DNA of 64,000 bases, taken from IMG/VR virus record IMGVR_UViG_3300050202_000023; one strand, 5' to 3'. The notes under the pieces were generated by a model. The model saw nothing but the letters and a program-made list of their open reading frames with translations. It was not told the DNA's origin and made no database searches. Below are positions 27,722 through 38,942 of this stretch, piece by piece. Made by a program: the position numbers and the translations under genes. How positions within the stretch are numbered: the first letter of the stretch is position 1; the number at the start of each line of letters is the position of its first letter. The stretch comes from an uncultured virus (IMG/VR IMGVR_UViG_3300050202_000023) (lineage: Duplodnaviria; Heunggongvirae; Uroviricota; Caudoviricetes).

Positions 27722-30700
27722 TTATGCACAGGGTTGGTCAAGTTTAAAGTCATCTGAGCTTTGATCCCCAAATAAATCTTCGGGAGATATTCCATTATTA
27801 CTAAGATCAGTGGGTATATACTCAGATTCAGGATCATACAAGTCGGTAAAAGTACGTCTAGGTGGTGGTGTATTCTGAGCATCTACTTCATTTACAAAGT
27901 GAATTGGGTTTGTTGAGTTAATATAAAGACTGTCCGATACCCGGCTTAATCCTACATAACTAAGTGATTGTTTTTCAGAACCAATTTGAATACCGTTTTG
28001 AATTAGCAGTGAGCTGTCTTCTCTTGGCAATGTATCAGTGTCAAAAAATACTTTAGGAATACTAGTACCTTGAGACTTGTGTATCGTAATAGCATGACCA
28101 AAATCAATTGACTTGCCAATAAACAAGTGTGAATTCTTCTCTTTTAAGTCTTTATGATACTTAAGAGTTTTAACAAAAGGTACAACCTTGTCTTGAGCAG
28201 GATCAAAAATGTAATCATTTCCTGTTAAAGCTCGTCTAAAAAAGTCTTGAACCGTTGTTTCTTTTGTATCATAGGTTTCCCAATAAATCTCTTTTCGAAT
28301 AGCTTTTTGCTTTGTTTCATGTAAATCTCTAAACACATTACTTAGCAATTGATTATTCTTATCAAAATCAGCTTGAGTTAACTCACTAAACGTAAAAGCA
28401 TCCTGTGTACTTAATTGATAATACGTTCCGTAACCTTTATTAGACTCCAGATTAATACCCAGTTCAATAAGTTTATCCAGCTTAGCCGAGGAAGTTACCA
28501 GTTTATAAAGACTTCCATCTTTAGTTACATTGTCAATTTTATACAGCATACTATTACCAATATCGTTTCGGTCTACTTGTTTTGAGTTGTAACCAGCATA
28601 TCCAACAACTATATCATCTTTTTTCAAGTCACCTTCCCGTTCAAACAAGTCACGAATTTTAATATTCCATGCTTTAGCTCCAGCATTTGTATAAGATAGC
28701 ATAACCGTGTTTAACGGATCTTCACTAAATACTCTGCCAATAGCTTTATCCCATTCTCTACCGGCAACATAATTTAACTTATCGTTGTGTTCAGCTAGTT
28801 TAAGAATACGAGAATCTACAACAGTTCTTAAACGTCCTAGTACAGTAAGAATATCTGTATTACTGGTACGTTTAACTTCAGTTAGTTTTAACTGGTTAGG
28901 CTCAGTAAAGGCTTTAGAAACTTCTTTTGTTACTGGGTTTTTAACATTTACTGCTGGAATCTGAACAGGGTCTCCCATAAACACAACCTTAATGTCCTTG
29001 GCTTTAACAACCTCTTTTAAGTTGTCGTATTCTGCCGGACTTAGCATAGACACTTCATCAATTACCAATATGTTATTAGAATTTTTTAGCCGTTCAGCCA
29101 TTTTCTTTCTAATCTGTACAGTAGACTTACCCGTTCTATTATCAAAACTAGCTCCCCAAGATGAAGTAGTTGTCAAAGGAAGTTTAGTGTTTCCCGTTTT
29201 AGCTGTAGCAAACGCTAATTCTACACTGGCTGCATGAGTAGGTGCTGAATAAACAAAGTTGTGTCTATTCAAATACTTCTCAAGGTATCCAATGAGAGCC
29301 GTTTTCCCGGAGCCTCCCGGTCCTTGTAAAGTAATAAAGTCTTCATTAGTATCCCCTAAAGCAAAATCAATTAATCCTTTAAGTGCTTGTTCTTGACCGG
29401 CAGTAAGCTGAAACGCTGTATCAATAGTTTTACCTTTGTGAGTAAATGTAAATCCAGTTTTAGATTCTATTAATTCCTCAGTAGGTTGTTCTAAAGGTTT
29501 AGTAGCAATCTGTGGGTTTAGTCCGCCATTATTATTATAGGCATCAAGTATTTTTTGTTTTCTTTCTTGATACTTTATATTGGTTTCTGAGGCAGACTGT
29601 TTAATATCTACATCAACAGCTAAGCCAGAATTGTCTAAAGTTACTTTAAGTATTTGACCGTAGTAATTATACTCTACTACAGTACTTATAGATTCTTGAA
29701 CAGGGTTTACCTCTGACTTAAATGTTTTTGTATAAACATCTCGAATAGCTTGTAATGATTTATCAATTACTTCTTGAGTACTTAATGTTCTACTTCCAAT
29801 ACCAGCAAAGTTTTTAGTTAATGCAGGTGTCGGCACTTTTATAAAGTCACGTCCACTCCAAGTAAACCAAGAATCTTTTGTTCCATCATATATATAAACA
29901 GGCTTATTCTCATTTATAGCCATTTGTACAGCATAGCCTGTACCACCTTTAACTTGATCAATTAATGCTTTTTTACCATGATCCATTATAGCTCCTTTGG
30001 GAATTATAGTACCTAAAGCATATACAGCATCTGCATACTTTACCTGAGCCCAGTTTCTAATCATATAATTACTTCGTACTTGATGATTAGATTCTATTCT
30101 ACCCATCTGTCTAGCAGCTATAGTAGCTTTAGGTTGACCTTCATCATAAATAGCTGTATCAAGTTCTGTAGCTTTAACTCCAGCCTTTCTTAGTTCCAAG
30201 CTATCAACTTCTGTAGTTCCGGGTTCTCTGTAGTGTTTGTGATTAACAACACCAAACTCTCTTCCAATAATATCCCAAGCTGCATCAGAAAGTTTAGCAC
30301 CCCCTGTATGGTTTGTATAGTCTTTTGGATTAGTACTAGTCTGAGTTGATTCTGTTGTATTTTCAGTAGTGTTCATACCACTAATGTACGAAACATCTAC
30401 CTGATTATCAACACTATACAGATCATTTTCTAACAAAGTGCTTTCTTCCTCATAATAGCTAATGTCTTCTACATCGGCTTCATAGGTTTGTTCAAATGGA
30501 TCAAATGAATCGTCAATACTAGTAGTAGGTACTACAGTTTCAATAGCTGAAACAGGGTTTGTCTTAGTCTGACTAAGCATTGTATAATATACTTTAGCCG
30601 CACCTGTACTAAGCTGTACATGCTTGTTCAACAAAGATTTATTGGCTTCTGTATAGTGGTCTCCCAGTGCATTAGCAGAAGAAACATTTTTGGTACCAGC

Positions 30701-33700
30701 ATGAACTACCTGTACATACCTAGCTCTGGTACCTTTATACGAAGTACTATTCTGTAAGTCTGATGGTGTATACTGTTGTCCATTAGGTGTTATTAGACTA
30801 GCTAGCTCATAGGTAAAGGGTTTTAACGTGTTTTCATCTGAGTCTTCATCATAGACCTCTTGTTCCATGACAATAAACTTTGGAAACGTACCTATATTTT
30901 TTTCAATCTTTATTCGAAGACCTGTTGCAACCCGGAAAGAATCCTCTTTATTTAAGACAGGAATAGTAATAACAACTTGATTACTTACTTTATCTTGTCT
31001 GACTCCTTGCAAGTTTTCGTAGTAAAGTACTTCATTATCTTCAAACAGACTATAAAGTTCTGATGTAGTTTTTGGAGGTTTAATCCGTTCAATTAATGGT
31101 TGGTACGTTATATCCCGACCAAGTGCATTAGCTAGTTTAGCTGCCCCACCATTAATGTCAAAACCAGAACCTTTAAAAATACTTGTTAACCGATTTGATA
31201 CAGACGTAAATATAGAAGGTCCAAATAGTTTACTAATTGATTTCATGGTAAACTGCCAACCATCTTTAACAATGTAATAGTTAACCAATTCATCAGCTAG
31301 TCCTTTACCAAGTAGGTAATATCCTTCAACCCCGTCAATAGTTGTTAATACCTGACGGGTGTATAAATCCTGAAAGCTATCCAGTAATTCTTCCTGTTGT
31401 TCAGGACGAAGTTTACCAATAGTATTTAAGTTAATGGCAGCAATCTCCTGCCTGTCTTCAGACTGAAGTAATGAAAATAATGAATTATCCGCAAATGGAC
31501 CTTTTTCAACTTCACCAGTAGTCTCGTTTATACGGGTATATGCATACTGAGCTTTAAAATTATTTAACTTCTCACTAATACGAGCTTCAGCACCATCTAC
31601 ATAAACACTATTTAATTCCAGTGGTGTAGATGTTGATTGTTCTTGATGCAGTGTAGTAAAGGTAAATGTCTCAATAGCTTTATCCAATAGCTCTTTTTTC
31701 TCAGCACCAAATGCTTTAAATACTACCGATAGTTTATCTTTAAAGAAATCAAAGAAAGGTGACCGTCTAAATAGTACTTCTCGTTGACGTTTATCACTTT
31801 GAGGAACAAGGTCGTTTATAAGCTGTAAATACTGTGCAGCTTTCTTTGGGTTACTATCTAGTTTTTCATAAATATCAATCGGAAACTCACCGTCTTTTCC
31901 AAACTGTAAGTTTTTAGAAGCTCGTACTAAACCATCAAATGCAGCAAGATCCTGACCAAATCCTTTTTTAAGTTTGATAAATTTAACCAGATTACCAGCA
32001 TAATCACTTACCCGAAGCATTCGAATGAAGTCAGCAAGTACAGCCTCATTAAGTGTTTTGGTATTAGGTGCTGCTGTAAAAGCAGTTTGTTGTTCTTTAG
32101 TAGCTTTACTATAAGCTAGAGCAACACGCAGTTCTTTAGTAGTATACTCCCGGGTTGATATAGAGTCATCAACACCTAGTTTAAGTATTTTCTTAGCAAT
32201 TTGGTCATCTGATAATGTACCAAGAATCTTTTCACTTGGTATAACAATACCTGTATTAGCCTTAACATTTTTAGCTTGTTGTCTAAGTTGAGTAAACTGT
32301 TGAACAACAGGTTGGTTAACAAATATCAGCGAGTCTTCAAGACTATAGCCTTGTCCAACCATGTGTATAACAACAGACTGAGCATCCCCATTAAGTTTAA
32401 AGAAAGCATTCTTTCCTTCTTTAGCTTCGTCTGTATTAGCTGTAGTAATAGTTGAGATAATATCAAATACACGTACAGGTAAACCACTAGCATCTAATAC
32501 AGGTGATCCGTCAGAATAATACTGCTTCTCTTTATATAGACCATCATGAAGCTTACCATCATTAAAAGCCATTCTAAATGATGGATCAACACTAAACTGA
32601 AACTTAACAGCATTGATCATAAACAGGTTAGCATTAACTGAAACGCCAATCAATGCTTTACCAATCTGATTCTTTTCATGAATCTGGCTGTGTACCATTG
32701 GCCACCATGAAGCTGCCCGGTTTGATGTATCACCAAACAGATTAACACCGTTTTCTTTTGAATCCTGAATGTTGTTATACTTATCAAGAGAAGCAGGTTG
32801 GTTGTACTGACCACCATTAGGATCAGTGTCATCAAGTGTTGTCGAGTTAGCCAACATAGACTGTTGTAAAGCCAACATCTTATTATGTGTAGCCCCAACA
32901 TTTAATGTATTCTGACTACGATAATTCAGTTTATTGAATTCGTCAAATGTAGCAGGAAAGCCAAAGAAACTTAGAGCACGACCAACAGCTTTTTGATACG
33001 ACTTGTTTAGATCCTGTTTACGTTGTTCTAGCGTACCACTTGTATACTCAGCCCAAGCCTCATCATCAGTTAAATCAGTAAGAGTCTGAGTTACTTTTTC
33101 AAGTTCAGCTTTTACATCTTTAAACTCAGGCTCAAGTAGTATTTTCTTTAATTCTTTTTTGATTGACGGATAATTAGCTAAAGCATACTTGGTAAACTCT
33201 TCCCATTTACCCATAGTAGTTTCGGCTGTGCCATACGGAGTAAATACATCACCAGTCCAGTAACCTTCTGTACGAGTCTGATAAAGTTTATCAATATCAA
33301 AGTCAGAACCTGATAGTTCAATAATTTCTTTGGTCAATACAATACTGCTACCCATATACTCAGGTAGTGTATCAACCCATTCTACGTTTACAGCAGAGTG
33401 TTTATCCTGAGACGGAATACGTACACCAAATGAGTACCGAAGACTTTTATCAATGTTAGATATACGTAAATCATGTACAGGCATTAAAGCCTCATCAAAG
33501 TAACCAGTCTCAACTAGTTGCTTATTAACAGTTTCCCAACGAGGTTTAGCATGTCTAAGTGAATCAAGTACATAGACAACAGGAGTCATTGTATTACTTA
33601 ATGACGTAGTACTCATGGTAGGACTACTAGCTAATAATGTCTTAGCCTGAGTAAACCAAGAATCAACTTTATTACCTTTAGAATCCAGATAGAATTCGGG

Positions 33701-36700
33701 CTCAACACGTTGTTTACTGTTATCGGTGTTTGTCTGATATTCGTGTTTATATCTAGCATCACGAAGGTTTGTCAGATTATCAAGAGCCCCCTGTCGTTTT
33801 AATGCTTTGTACTCATCAGAGCCAGTACGAATAGTATCCCACGTCAAATAACCAGCTTCGTTTCTGTATACTTTCTTAACCAGTGAATAGTCCAAACTGG
33901 ATACGTGAGCCAGTGAGTCACCGGCACGGCTATGACTTAACACACCTTTTGAAAAGTGGGTAAAGAAAAGACTTATAAACTTATCTCTGGTTAATGGTAA
34001 GTTTAAGTTATAGCCTGATGCAGGGTCAAATAATTGAGCTGTTTGTTTATCCGTACCAGTTTTAACAACTGTTTCAAACGCTTTTTGTAAATACCGTTTT
34101 AGATCAAGATTACCAGCAGCATCCTCAAAAAGCTTGTCAGCAACATTATAGTTAATCCGGTCACGACTAGTTAAGTATTCCTGCCAAAGAAGCTCAGTTT
34201 TGTTTTTATCCAAAAACTGATCTTTAAACCAGAACTGGGCATCTGGTCCAAGCTCATTAGCAATAATCTCAACCATTTGAGTCGGATCAACAATGTGTTC
34301 GTGACCAGATGGTGTTTCTGACTGAAGTCCGTAATAGTTTAAGTCAAACAGGTTTACATTTTTATCCTCAATAGAAGTCCAGTCAACTGTTTGTTTATCC
34401 GTTAATTTAGTATGTACGTTAGCATTAAGTGTTTTACTGGCTGTTAATGGAGTTACCAGATCAATACGAGCATCAACACTGTCAAATACCCAGTTACCAT
34501 CTACATACTTAAAGCCCTCCATACGAAGACGTTTAGCATGAAGATTTTCCCGACCAATAATAGGTACCCACCTGTAATAATTACCACCATACGTACTTAC
34601 CTCAATACCATCCTTTTTAAGTTTGATACGGTTGTACTTATCTATAGTAGCATTTCTATAAAATTCTTCCTCTGAAATTAATTCAGGTTCTGACGTTACT
34701 TCTTTCGTTAAAACAGATACAGACAGTTTTTTATACTGTTGTCCATCATCCCCAACAGTTTTTTCCGAGTTAAGCATAACTCCGGCAGCATTAAGATTAT
34801 CAATGTCTGCTTTAGTTCTGGGCTCACCCTTATCAATCTTGTCTAGTATATTAGATACCTGAGTAGTCAGCTTACCTTGAGCATATAAACTTATTCGTCT
34901 TGAATGAATTGTATCATGTCCCTGAGCATCAGCAATGTCAACAGAATTACCGGTAACGTCAGAATTTGCTGTTGGTTCAGCAGTAGTTACTATATTAAAA
35001 TACTGTGGGGCTTTATCAATACTCAGTTCGGGTGCTGCAAAAGGTACAGCAAAGCTTTGAATGGCAGCATTAAATCCCTTAGCCCGTTTGGCATTATCAA
35101 TACCGTCATTTTTATAAAGTAAAGCAGCATCTCCGTATTCAATTTGACCAATAGCTACACCATTAAGAAAGTCAGAAACCAGCTTAGTTTCTAATAATTC
35201 TTTGGTCATTTTTCGATCAAGTACTTTAGTAGGCTCGTCTCTGGTAAGATTCCATAGACCATGTTTAGCATATCTGGCTTTGTGCTGATAAATAATATCT
35301 GATACACTTTTTTGCAATACATCTTTATGAGCTTCATAGTCAAACTCAATATCAAGAGCAGCTTGTACAACTAGGTTTTCAATACCCGTATTAAGACCCG
35401 GTATAGCTTGAGTATTACCCAGTAGCCCAATAAGTGTATCAGAAAATTGTAGCCCACGATAATCTTTACTATTAGTAGGTACATATATTTCTACCGATAC
35501 ACCTTTATAATCTACCGTTTTCTTTAGTAAAGCTTTACCAGTATTATAGTTTGTTAGTACATCTGTACTATCAAAAGTTGGTGTTGTTTTGCCATAGGTA
35601 ATACCTTTATCTACAAAGTCAGTAATTATTAAACTTTTATATACATTTCTTATACGATCATACTCCTTTTTAATTTCGTCCAAAAATAAAGTAGAACCAG
35701 CATCTGTAAGTTTACCTTCTTTAATAACGTTTTCCAGTACTGGTACATTTAAATACTCACCAGTTTTAGAAGCCTCACGGTTTCCAAGAAATACCGGGGC
35801 AATCCGTTTACCCTTTACAATAGTAGCTGTAGGACCAACAAATGAGTTTAAATTAAACAGGTCAAACTCTCTTGGAGATAGATCACCAAAGGTTGTACCG
35901 GTTAAAGCAGTTGCTCCAGCTTTAGATGTAGTTACATCTTTCTCATTTCTGGTTAAATGAGTTTGTTGTAAACCATCTACTGAAAATGCAGTAAACAAGT
36001 GCTTGTTTTCCTGATAAAATGAATCAGAAAATAGTTTTTTTAGTAAATGGTTTTCCTGTAAAGCCCAAGCATCTTCTTTAAGATAGATAGCTTCACCGTT
36101 ATTATATCGAAGTAATGTACGTTGTCCGGTTTTATATAGATTACTTAGTTTACTTAGTGAACTGTCTGTAAACCAAGTAAACATATCAAGACTGTATGTT
36201 TTCTTCTGGAACGAATAAATTACTTTGTCATTAGCATTAACATAACTTGATTCAGTGGCTGTTTCGTCAAACAAGGCATTACCCTCAGCAATATTTTTAA
36301 TACTGCTTAGCATACCACTTAACCGGCCAAGTTTAAGAGCCTCTTTATTATCAGTTATAGCAAACGGGGAATACTGAGCCTGTCCATTATATTCTTTAAT
36401 AAGCTTTACATCGACTGAAGTAAATTGATATTGTTTTGGTATGTCAAACATACCAATCAATTTACCAGAAGGTGTAGCTTCAATTGTAGGAGCCCACTGA
36501 GGATACTGTCTAACTGCTTCTGTGGTTAAGACATACTGAACGTAGGCATCCGACAGTTTAATACCAGCCTGACTAAATAAGGCTTTAAACTTTTTGGATT
36601 CTGCTTGTACAGCTTGGGTAAACTGCTGTTTCTTTTCTAAATCATCCAGACTGTTAAAAGCATCCTGTTCAGCCGTAAGTTTAGTTGAGTTTGTTTTTGG

Positions 36701-38731
36701 TAAGAAAAAATCATTCAACCAAGCATCTGGTATTTCTGTATTAGCTTTATTAGAAAGTCCGTTATAGTTAGCTTTCCACTTTTCAAGTAAGTCTTTTCCA
36801 GCCCGGTTTGTATTGGCATTACTACTTACAGACAAACCACGTACCGGGTCAATCCGCATGTTAATGTTTTCCCGTTTCCAGAGATCAAACCCTTTTAATG
36901 TTCGAACCAGTAACTGTTTACTAGCTGAAGATAAGTATGTACCTAGTGAATTATTATCAATGTGATAAAATAATTCTTCTTTAATTCTCCCTGTATTGGT
37001 TTCTTGAAGTTTTGTAAAATAAGTTTTAGCTTCTTTATAAGCTTCTTTTTTAGCTAACTCGGGATTAGCTGCCTGTAAAGCAAAAGCAAGCTGTAACGGA
37101 CTTTCTGGAGTCTCAGTTAATCCCAGTTCTTTAATTAATGAATCTAGTTCTGGCTTAGCCTTATACGTAATAGGAGCCATGTCTTTTAACAACTGGTCAG
37201 CAAAAGCTCCTGTAGCATCTGTATCATCAAAGCTGGTATAAATTAACAGCTTCTTTAACCGTTCATTTAAGTCAACTGTGTTACTGACAGCCCGTACCAA
37301 TCCGTAGTAAACCTGATTTGTGTTTACAATATCAATAATAGGTAGCTCAAACTCAACACCGCCAGTCTTGATTTTATGATATTGTAGCACACCATCAATT
37401 TGCCGGTGTTTACCAGTTAACGCAATGTATTGTTTAATACTGGCAGAAAGTCCGTTGTATCCACCAAGCTCGTTAGCTTCTTTTCCGTATCCAGAAAATT
37501 CCTGCATTCTGGCTCCAAACTCATCTTCATCAAGTTCATCCTGAAGATTAGTCACAACCTGTGAGTTAACTAAATATTCTTTAACATCAGCCGTTATAGC
37601 AGAATACTCCGGGTTATCTTCAAGTACTTTAAAGTCCTGAGCATTTCTCCGGGTTGGGGATAAAGCACCAGCAATTAACCGATACTGTTTAGCCAGTACG
37701 GTACCATTAACAGAAGTACCCTTATACTTTTCTTTAATAGCTACAGCCTGATCAAGATACTGTTTAGAAAAAGCTTCAATAGCTATCTGTATACGTTGTT
37801 GTTCAGATAAATCTGAAGTTTCATCTCGGTTTTTAAGTTGTAAAGCAAGACCAGATATATTCCTGATTAGCTGTTCACTTTCCCGTTGGTGTACTTTAGT
37901 ATCATCAGCCAGTGTAATAAGTCTGGTAGAAGGTGCAGCAGTCTGTGGATTTGAGTCTACAATCCGGGCAGTTTTATACTCACCTTGATTTATTTTGTTA
38001 TAAAAAGTTGTAGCATAAAACTCGTTTGCTTTGTACAAAGACCTAAGCTTGTCCAGTCCTTTATATAAGGTATCAATAAGTTGCTGTACAAACCGGGCTA
38101 CTTTTTGTCCAAGAAATGGTTTTAGTCTAGACTCTAAATCCAACCGTGCCTGTTTAGGTGTACCATATACGGTGTGCCGTACATAGTCCTGAGCCAAAGC
38201 TTCTTCATACAACCGATTGTATCCGTCCTGTTCAGATAGTATACTATAAGTTTCCGGCAATGTCTTTAACTGGTATTGGTAGTATTCTTTAATGCTGGAG
38301 AACCCAAGGGCCTTTAGCTGAGACTTTAATAACGCTTGTCCAGTCTTATACAGAGCTTCCTGCTCGTTGAGTGGGATAAGTCGTTGGAATACAGCGTGAA
38401 AAACTTCTTCAGATAAAGCCCCTCGGGTTATGTCCTTGCCAAAATAAAATACATCTTTCCAGAAAGCAGCTTCTGTAGTCTGTGGAACAAGTGCTGGAAT
38501 AGACTCAATTGAATCCATCTTAAACAAGTCCAGATTAACTAACGTGTTCAGTAATTGATATGCTTGTTCCGTTGGTAGTACATCAGATTCTTTTTGATTT
38601 TGATAACTATCAAATGAGGGCATCCAGAAATTATGTTGAGCATAAATCTGGTAGGTCTTTGCTAGACCATAGGTTTCAATAAAACGTCTGTTGTTAGGTT
38701 CTGACTTGTTCAGACAAAGCAATTGTTTCAT
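27722..38731 (-). CDS. virion-packaged RNA polymerase polyprotein (3669 aa) with a SLOG-like insert and a C-terminal SF1B helicase
   Basis: GVRIPSQDKHS and catalytic GSDFDIDK (about 33287-33310); helicase motifs GPGGSGKT, IDEVSM, GDPVQIP, TIHKSQG and YVGLSR. Confidence 0.85.
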   Translation of the reverse strand: MKQLLCLNKSEPNNRRFIETYGLAKTYQIYAQHNFWMPSFDSYQNQKESDVLPTEQAYQLLNTLVNLDLFKMDSIESIPALVPQTTEAAFWKDVFYFGKDITRGALSEEVFHAVFQRLIPLNEQEALYKTGQALLKSQLKALGFSSIKEYYQYQLKTLPETYSILSEQDGYNRLYEEALAQDYVRHTVYGTPKQARLDLESRLKPFLGQKVARFVQQLIDTLYKGLDKLRSLYKANEFYATTFYNKINQGEYKTARIVDSNPQTAAPSTRLITLADDTKVHQRESEQLIRNISGLALQLKNRDETSDLSEQQRIQIAIEAFSKQYLDQAVAIKEKYKGTSVNGTVLAKQYRLIAGALSPTRRNAQDFKVLEDNPEYSAITADVKEYLVNSQVVTNLQDELDEDEFGARMQEFSGYGKEANELGGYNGLSASIKQYIALTGKHRQIDGVLQYHKIKTGGVEFELPIIDIVNTNQVYYGLVRAVSNTVDLNERLKKLLIYTSFDDTDATGAFADQLLKDMAPITYKAKPELDSLIKELGLTETPESPLQLAFALQAANPELAKKEAYKEAKTYFTKLQETNTGRIKEELFYHIDNNSLGTYLSSASKQLLVRTLKGFDLWKRENINMRIDPVRGLSVSSNANTNRAGKDLLEKWKANYNGLSNKANTEIPDAWLNDFFLPKTNSTKLTAEQDAFNSLDDLEKKQQFTQAVQAESKKFKALFSQAGIKLSDAYVQYVLTTEAVRQYPQWAPTIEATPSGKLIGMFDIPKQYQFTSVDVKLIKEYNGQAQYSPFAITDNKEALKLGRLSGMLSSIKNIAEGNALFDETATESSYVNANDKVIYSFQKKTYSLDMFTWFTDSSLSKLSNLYKTGQRTLLRYNNGEAIYLKEDAWALQENHLLKKLFSDSFYQENKHLFTAFSVDGLQQTHLTRNEKDVTTSKAGATALTGTTFGDLSPREFDLFNLNSFVGPTATIVKGKRIAPVFLGNREASKTGEYLNVPVLENVIKEGKLTDAGSTLFLDEIKKEYDRIRNVYKSLIITDFVDKGITYGKTTPTFDSTDVLTNYNTGKALLKKTVDYKGVSVEIYVPTNSKDYRGLQFSDTLIGLLGNTQAIPGLNTGIENLVVQAALDIEFDYEAHKDVLQKSVSDIIYQHKARYAKHGLWNLTRDEPTKVLDRKMTKELLETKLVSDFLNGVAIGQIEYGDAALLYKNDGIDNAKRAKGFNAAIQSFAVPFAAPELSIDKAPQYFNIVTTAEPTANSDVTGNSVDIADAQGHDTIHSRRISLYAQGKLTTQVSNILDKIDKGEPRTKADIDNLNAAGVMLNSEKTVGDDGQQYKKLSVSVLTKEVTSEPELISEEEFYRNATIDKYNRIKLKKDGIEVSTYGGNYYRWVPIIGRENLHAKRLRMEGFKYVDGNWVFDSVDARIDLVTPLTASKTLNANVHTKLTDKQTVDWTSIEDKNVNLFDLNYYGLQSETPSGHEHIVDPTQMVEIIANELGPDAQFWFKDQFLDKNKTELLWQEYLTSRDRINYNVADKLFEDAAGNLDLKRYLQKAFETVVKTGTDKQTAQLFDPASGYNLNLPLTRDKFISLFFTHFSKGVLSHSRAGDSLAHVSSLDYSLVKKVYRNEAGYLTWDTIRTGSDEYKALKRQGALDNLTNLRDARYKHEYQTNTDNSKQRVEPEFYLDSKGNKVDSWFTQAKTLLASSPTMSTTSLSNTMTPVVYVLDSLRHAKPRWETVNKQLVETGYFDEALMPVHDLRISNIDKSLRYSFGVRIPSQDKHSAVNVEWVDTLPEYMGSSIVLTKEIIELSGSDFDIDKLYQTRTEGYWTGDVFTPYGTAETTMGKWEEFTKYALANYPSIKKELKKILLEPEFKDVKAELEKVTQTLTDLTDDEAWAEYTSGTLEQRKQDLNKSYQKAVGRALSFFGFPATFDEFNKLNYRSQNTLNVGATHNKMLALQQSMLANSTTLDDTDPNGGQYNQPASLDKYNNIQDSKENGVNLFGDTSNRAASWWPMVHSQIHEKNQIGKALIGVSVNANLFMINAVKFQFSVDPSFRMAFNDGKLHDGLYKEKQYYSDGSPVLDASGLPVRVFDIISTITTANTDEAKEGKNAFFKLNGDAQSVVIHMVGQGYSLEDSLIFVNQPVVQQFTQLRQQAKNVKANTGIVIPSEKILGTLSDDQIAKKILKLGVDDSISTREYTTKELRVALAYSKATKEQQTAFTAAPNTKTLNEAVLADFIRMLRVSDYAGNLVKFIKLKKGFGQDLAAFDGLVRASKNLQFGKDGEFPIDIYEKLDSNPKKAAQYLQLINDLVPQSDKRQREVLFRRSPFFDFFKDKLSVVFKAFGAEKKELLDKAIETFTFTTLHQEQSTSTPLELNSVYVDGAEARISEKLNNFKAQYAYTRINETTGEVEKGPFADNSLFSLLQSEDRQEIAAINLNTIGKLRPEQQEELLDSFQDLYTRQVLTTIDGVEGYYLLGKGLADELVNYYIVKDGWQFTMKSISKLFGPSIFTSVSNRLTSIFKGSGFDINGGAAKLANALGRDITYQPLIERIKPPKTTSELYSLFEDNEVLYYENLQGVRQDKVSNQVVITIPVLNKEDSFRVATGLRIKIEKNIGTFPKFIVMEQEVYDEDSDENTLKPFTYELASLITPNGQQYTPSDLQNSTSYKGTRARYVQVVHAGTKNVSSANALGDHYTEANKSLLNKHVQLSTGAAKVYYTMLSQTKTNPVSAIETVVPTTSIDDSFDPFEQTYEADVEDISYYEEESTLLENDLYSVDNQVDVSYISGMNTTENTTESTQTSTNPKDYTNHTGGAKLSDAAWDIIGREFGVVNHKHYREPGTTEVDSLELRKAGVKATELDTAIYDEGQPKATIAARQMGRIESNHQVRSNYMIRNWAQVKYADAVYALGTIIPKGAIMDHGKKALIDQVKGGTGYAVQMAINENKPVYIYDGTKDSWFTWSGRDFIKVPTPALTKNFAGIGSRTLSTQEVIDKSLQAIRDVYTKTFKSEVNPVQESISTVVEYNYYGQILKVTLDNSGLAVDVDIKQSASETNIKYQERKQKILDAYNNNGGLNPQIATKPLEQPTEELIESKTGFTFTHKGKTIDTAFQLTAGQEQALKGLIDFALGDTNEDFITLQGPGGSGKTALIGYLEKYLNRHNFVYSAPTHAASVELAFATAKTGNTKLPLTTTSSWGASFDNRTGKSTVQIRKKMAERLKNSNNILVIDEVSMLSPAEYDNLKEVVKAKDIKVVFMGDPVQIPAVNVKNPVTKEVSKAFTEPNQLKLTEVKRTSNTDILTVLGRLRTVVDSRILKLAEHNDKLNYVAGREWDKAIGRVFSEDPLNTVMLSYTNAGAKAWNIKIRDLFEREGDLKKDDIVVGYAGYNSKQVDRNDIGNSMLYKIDNVTKDGSLYKLVTSSAKLDKLIELGINLESNKGYGTYYQLSTQDAFTFSELTQADFDKNNQLLSNVFRDLHETKQKAIRKEIYWETYDTKETTVQDFFRRALTGNDYIFDPAQDKVVPFVKTLKYHKDLKEKNSHLFIGKSIDFGHAITIHKSQGTSIPKVFFDTDTLPREDSSLLIQNGIQIGSEKQSLSYVGLSRVSDSLYINSTNPIHFVNEVDAQNTPPPRRTFTDLYDPESEYIPTDLSNNGISPEDLFGDQSSDDFKLDQPCA

Positions 38732-38810
38732 AACTATAAAGGTACGTGATGCTTTAAAAGTAACAAAGTTTTCTTTTTGATTTAGAAAGATGAAAATAAT
38801 TGTAAAATTA

Positions 38811-38842
38811 TTTGGAATTCAAAAAAGTGTATCATATCTTTG
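38811..38842 (+). promoter_or_regulatory. Bacteroidota-type promoter driving the tRNA island
   Basis: TTTG (38811-38814), N20, TATCTTTG (38835-38842); full consensus match. Confidence 0.8.
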
Positions 38843-38890
38843 TGGGACTAAAACGGTATTGGGTTGTTGCAAATCTTCTAAACACGTTAG

Positions 38891-38938
38891 TACAGGATTT
38901 ATAGCTGCTACTAGTACTGTATAAAAAACTAAGCAGCT
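38891..38938 (+). ncRNA. H-type pseudoknot in the leader of the tRNA island
   Basis: TACAG/CTGTA stem crossed by an AGCTGCT/AGCAGCT stem, with an A-rich connector. Confidence 0.4.
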
Positions 38939-38942
38939 TCAA

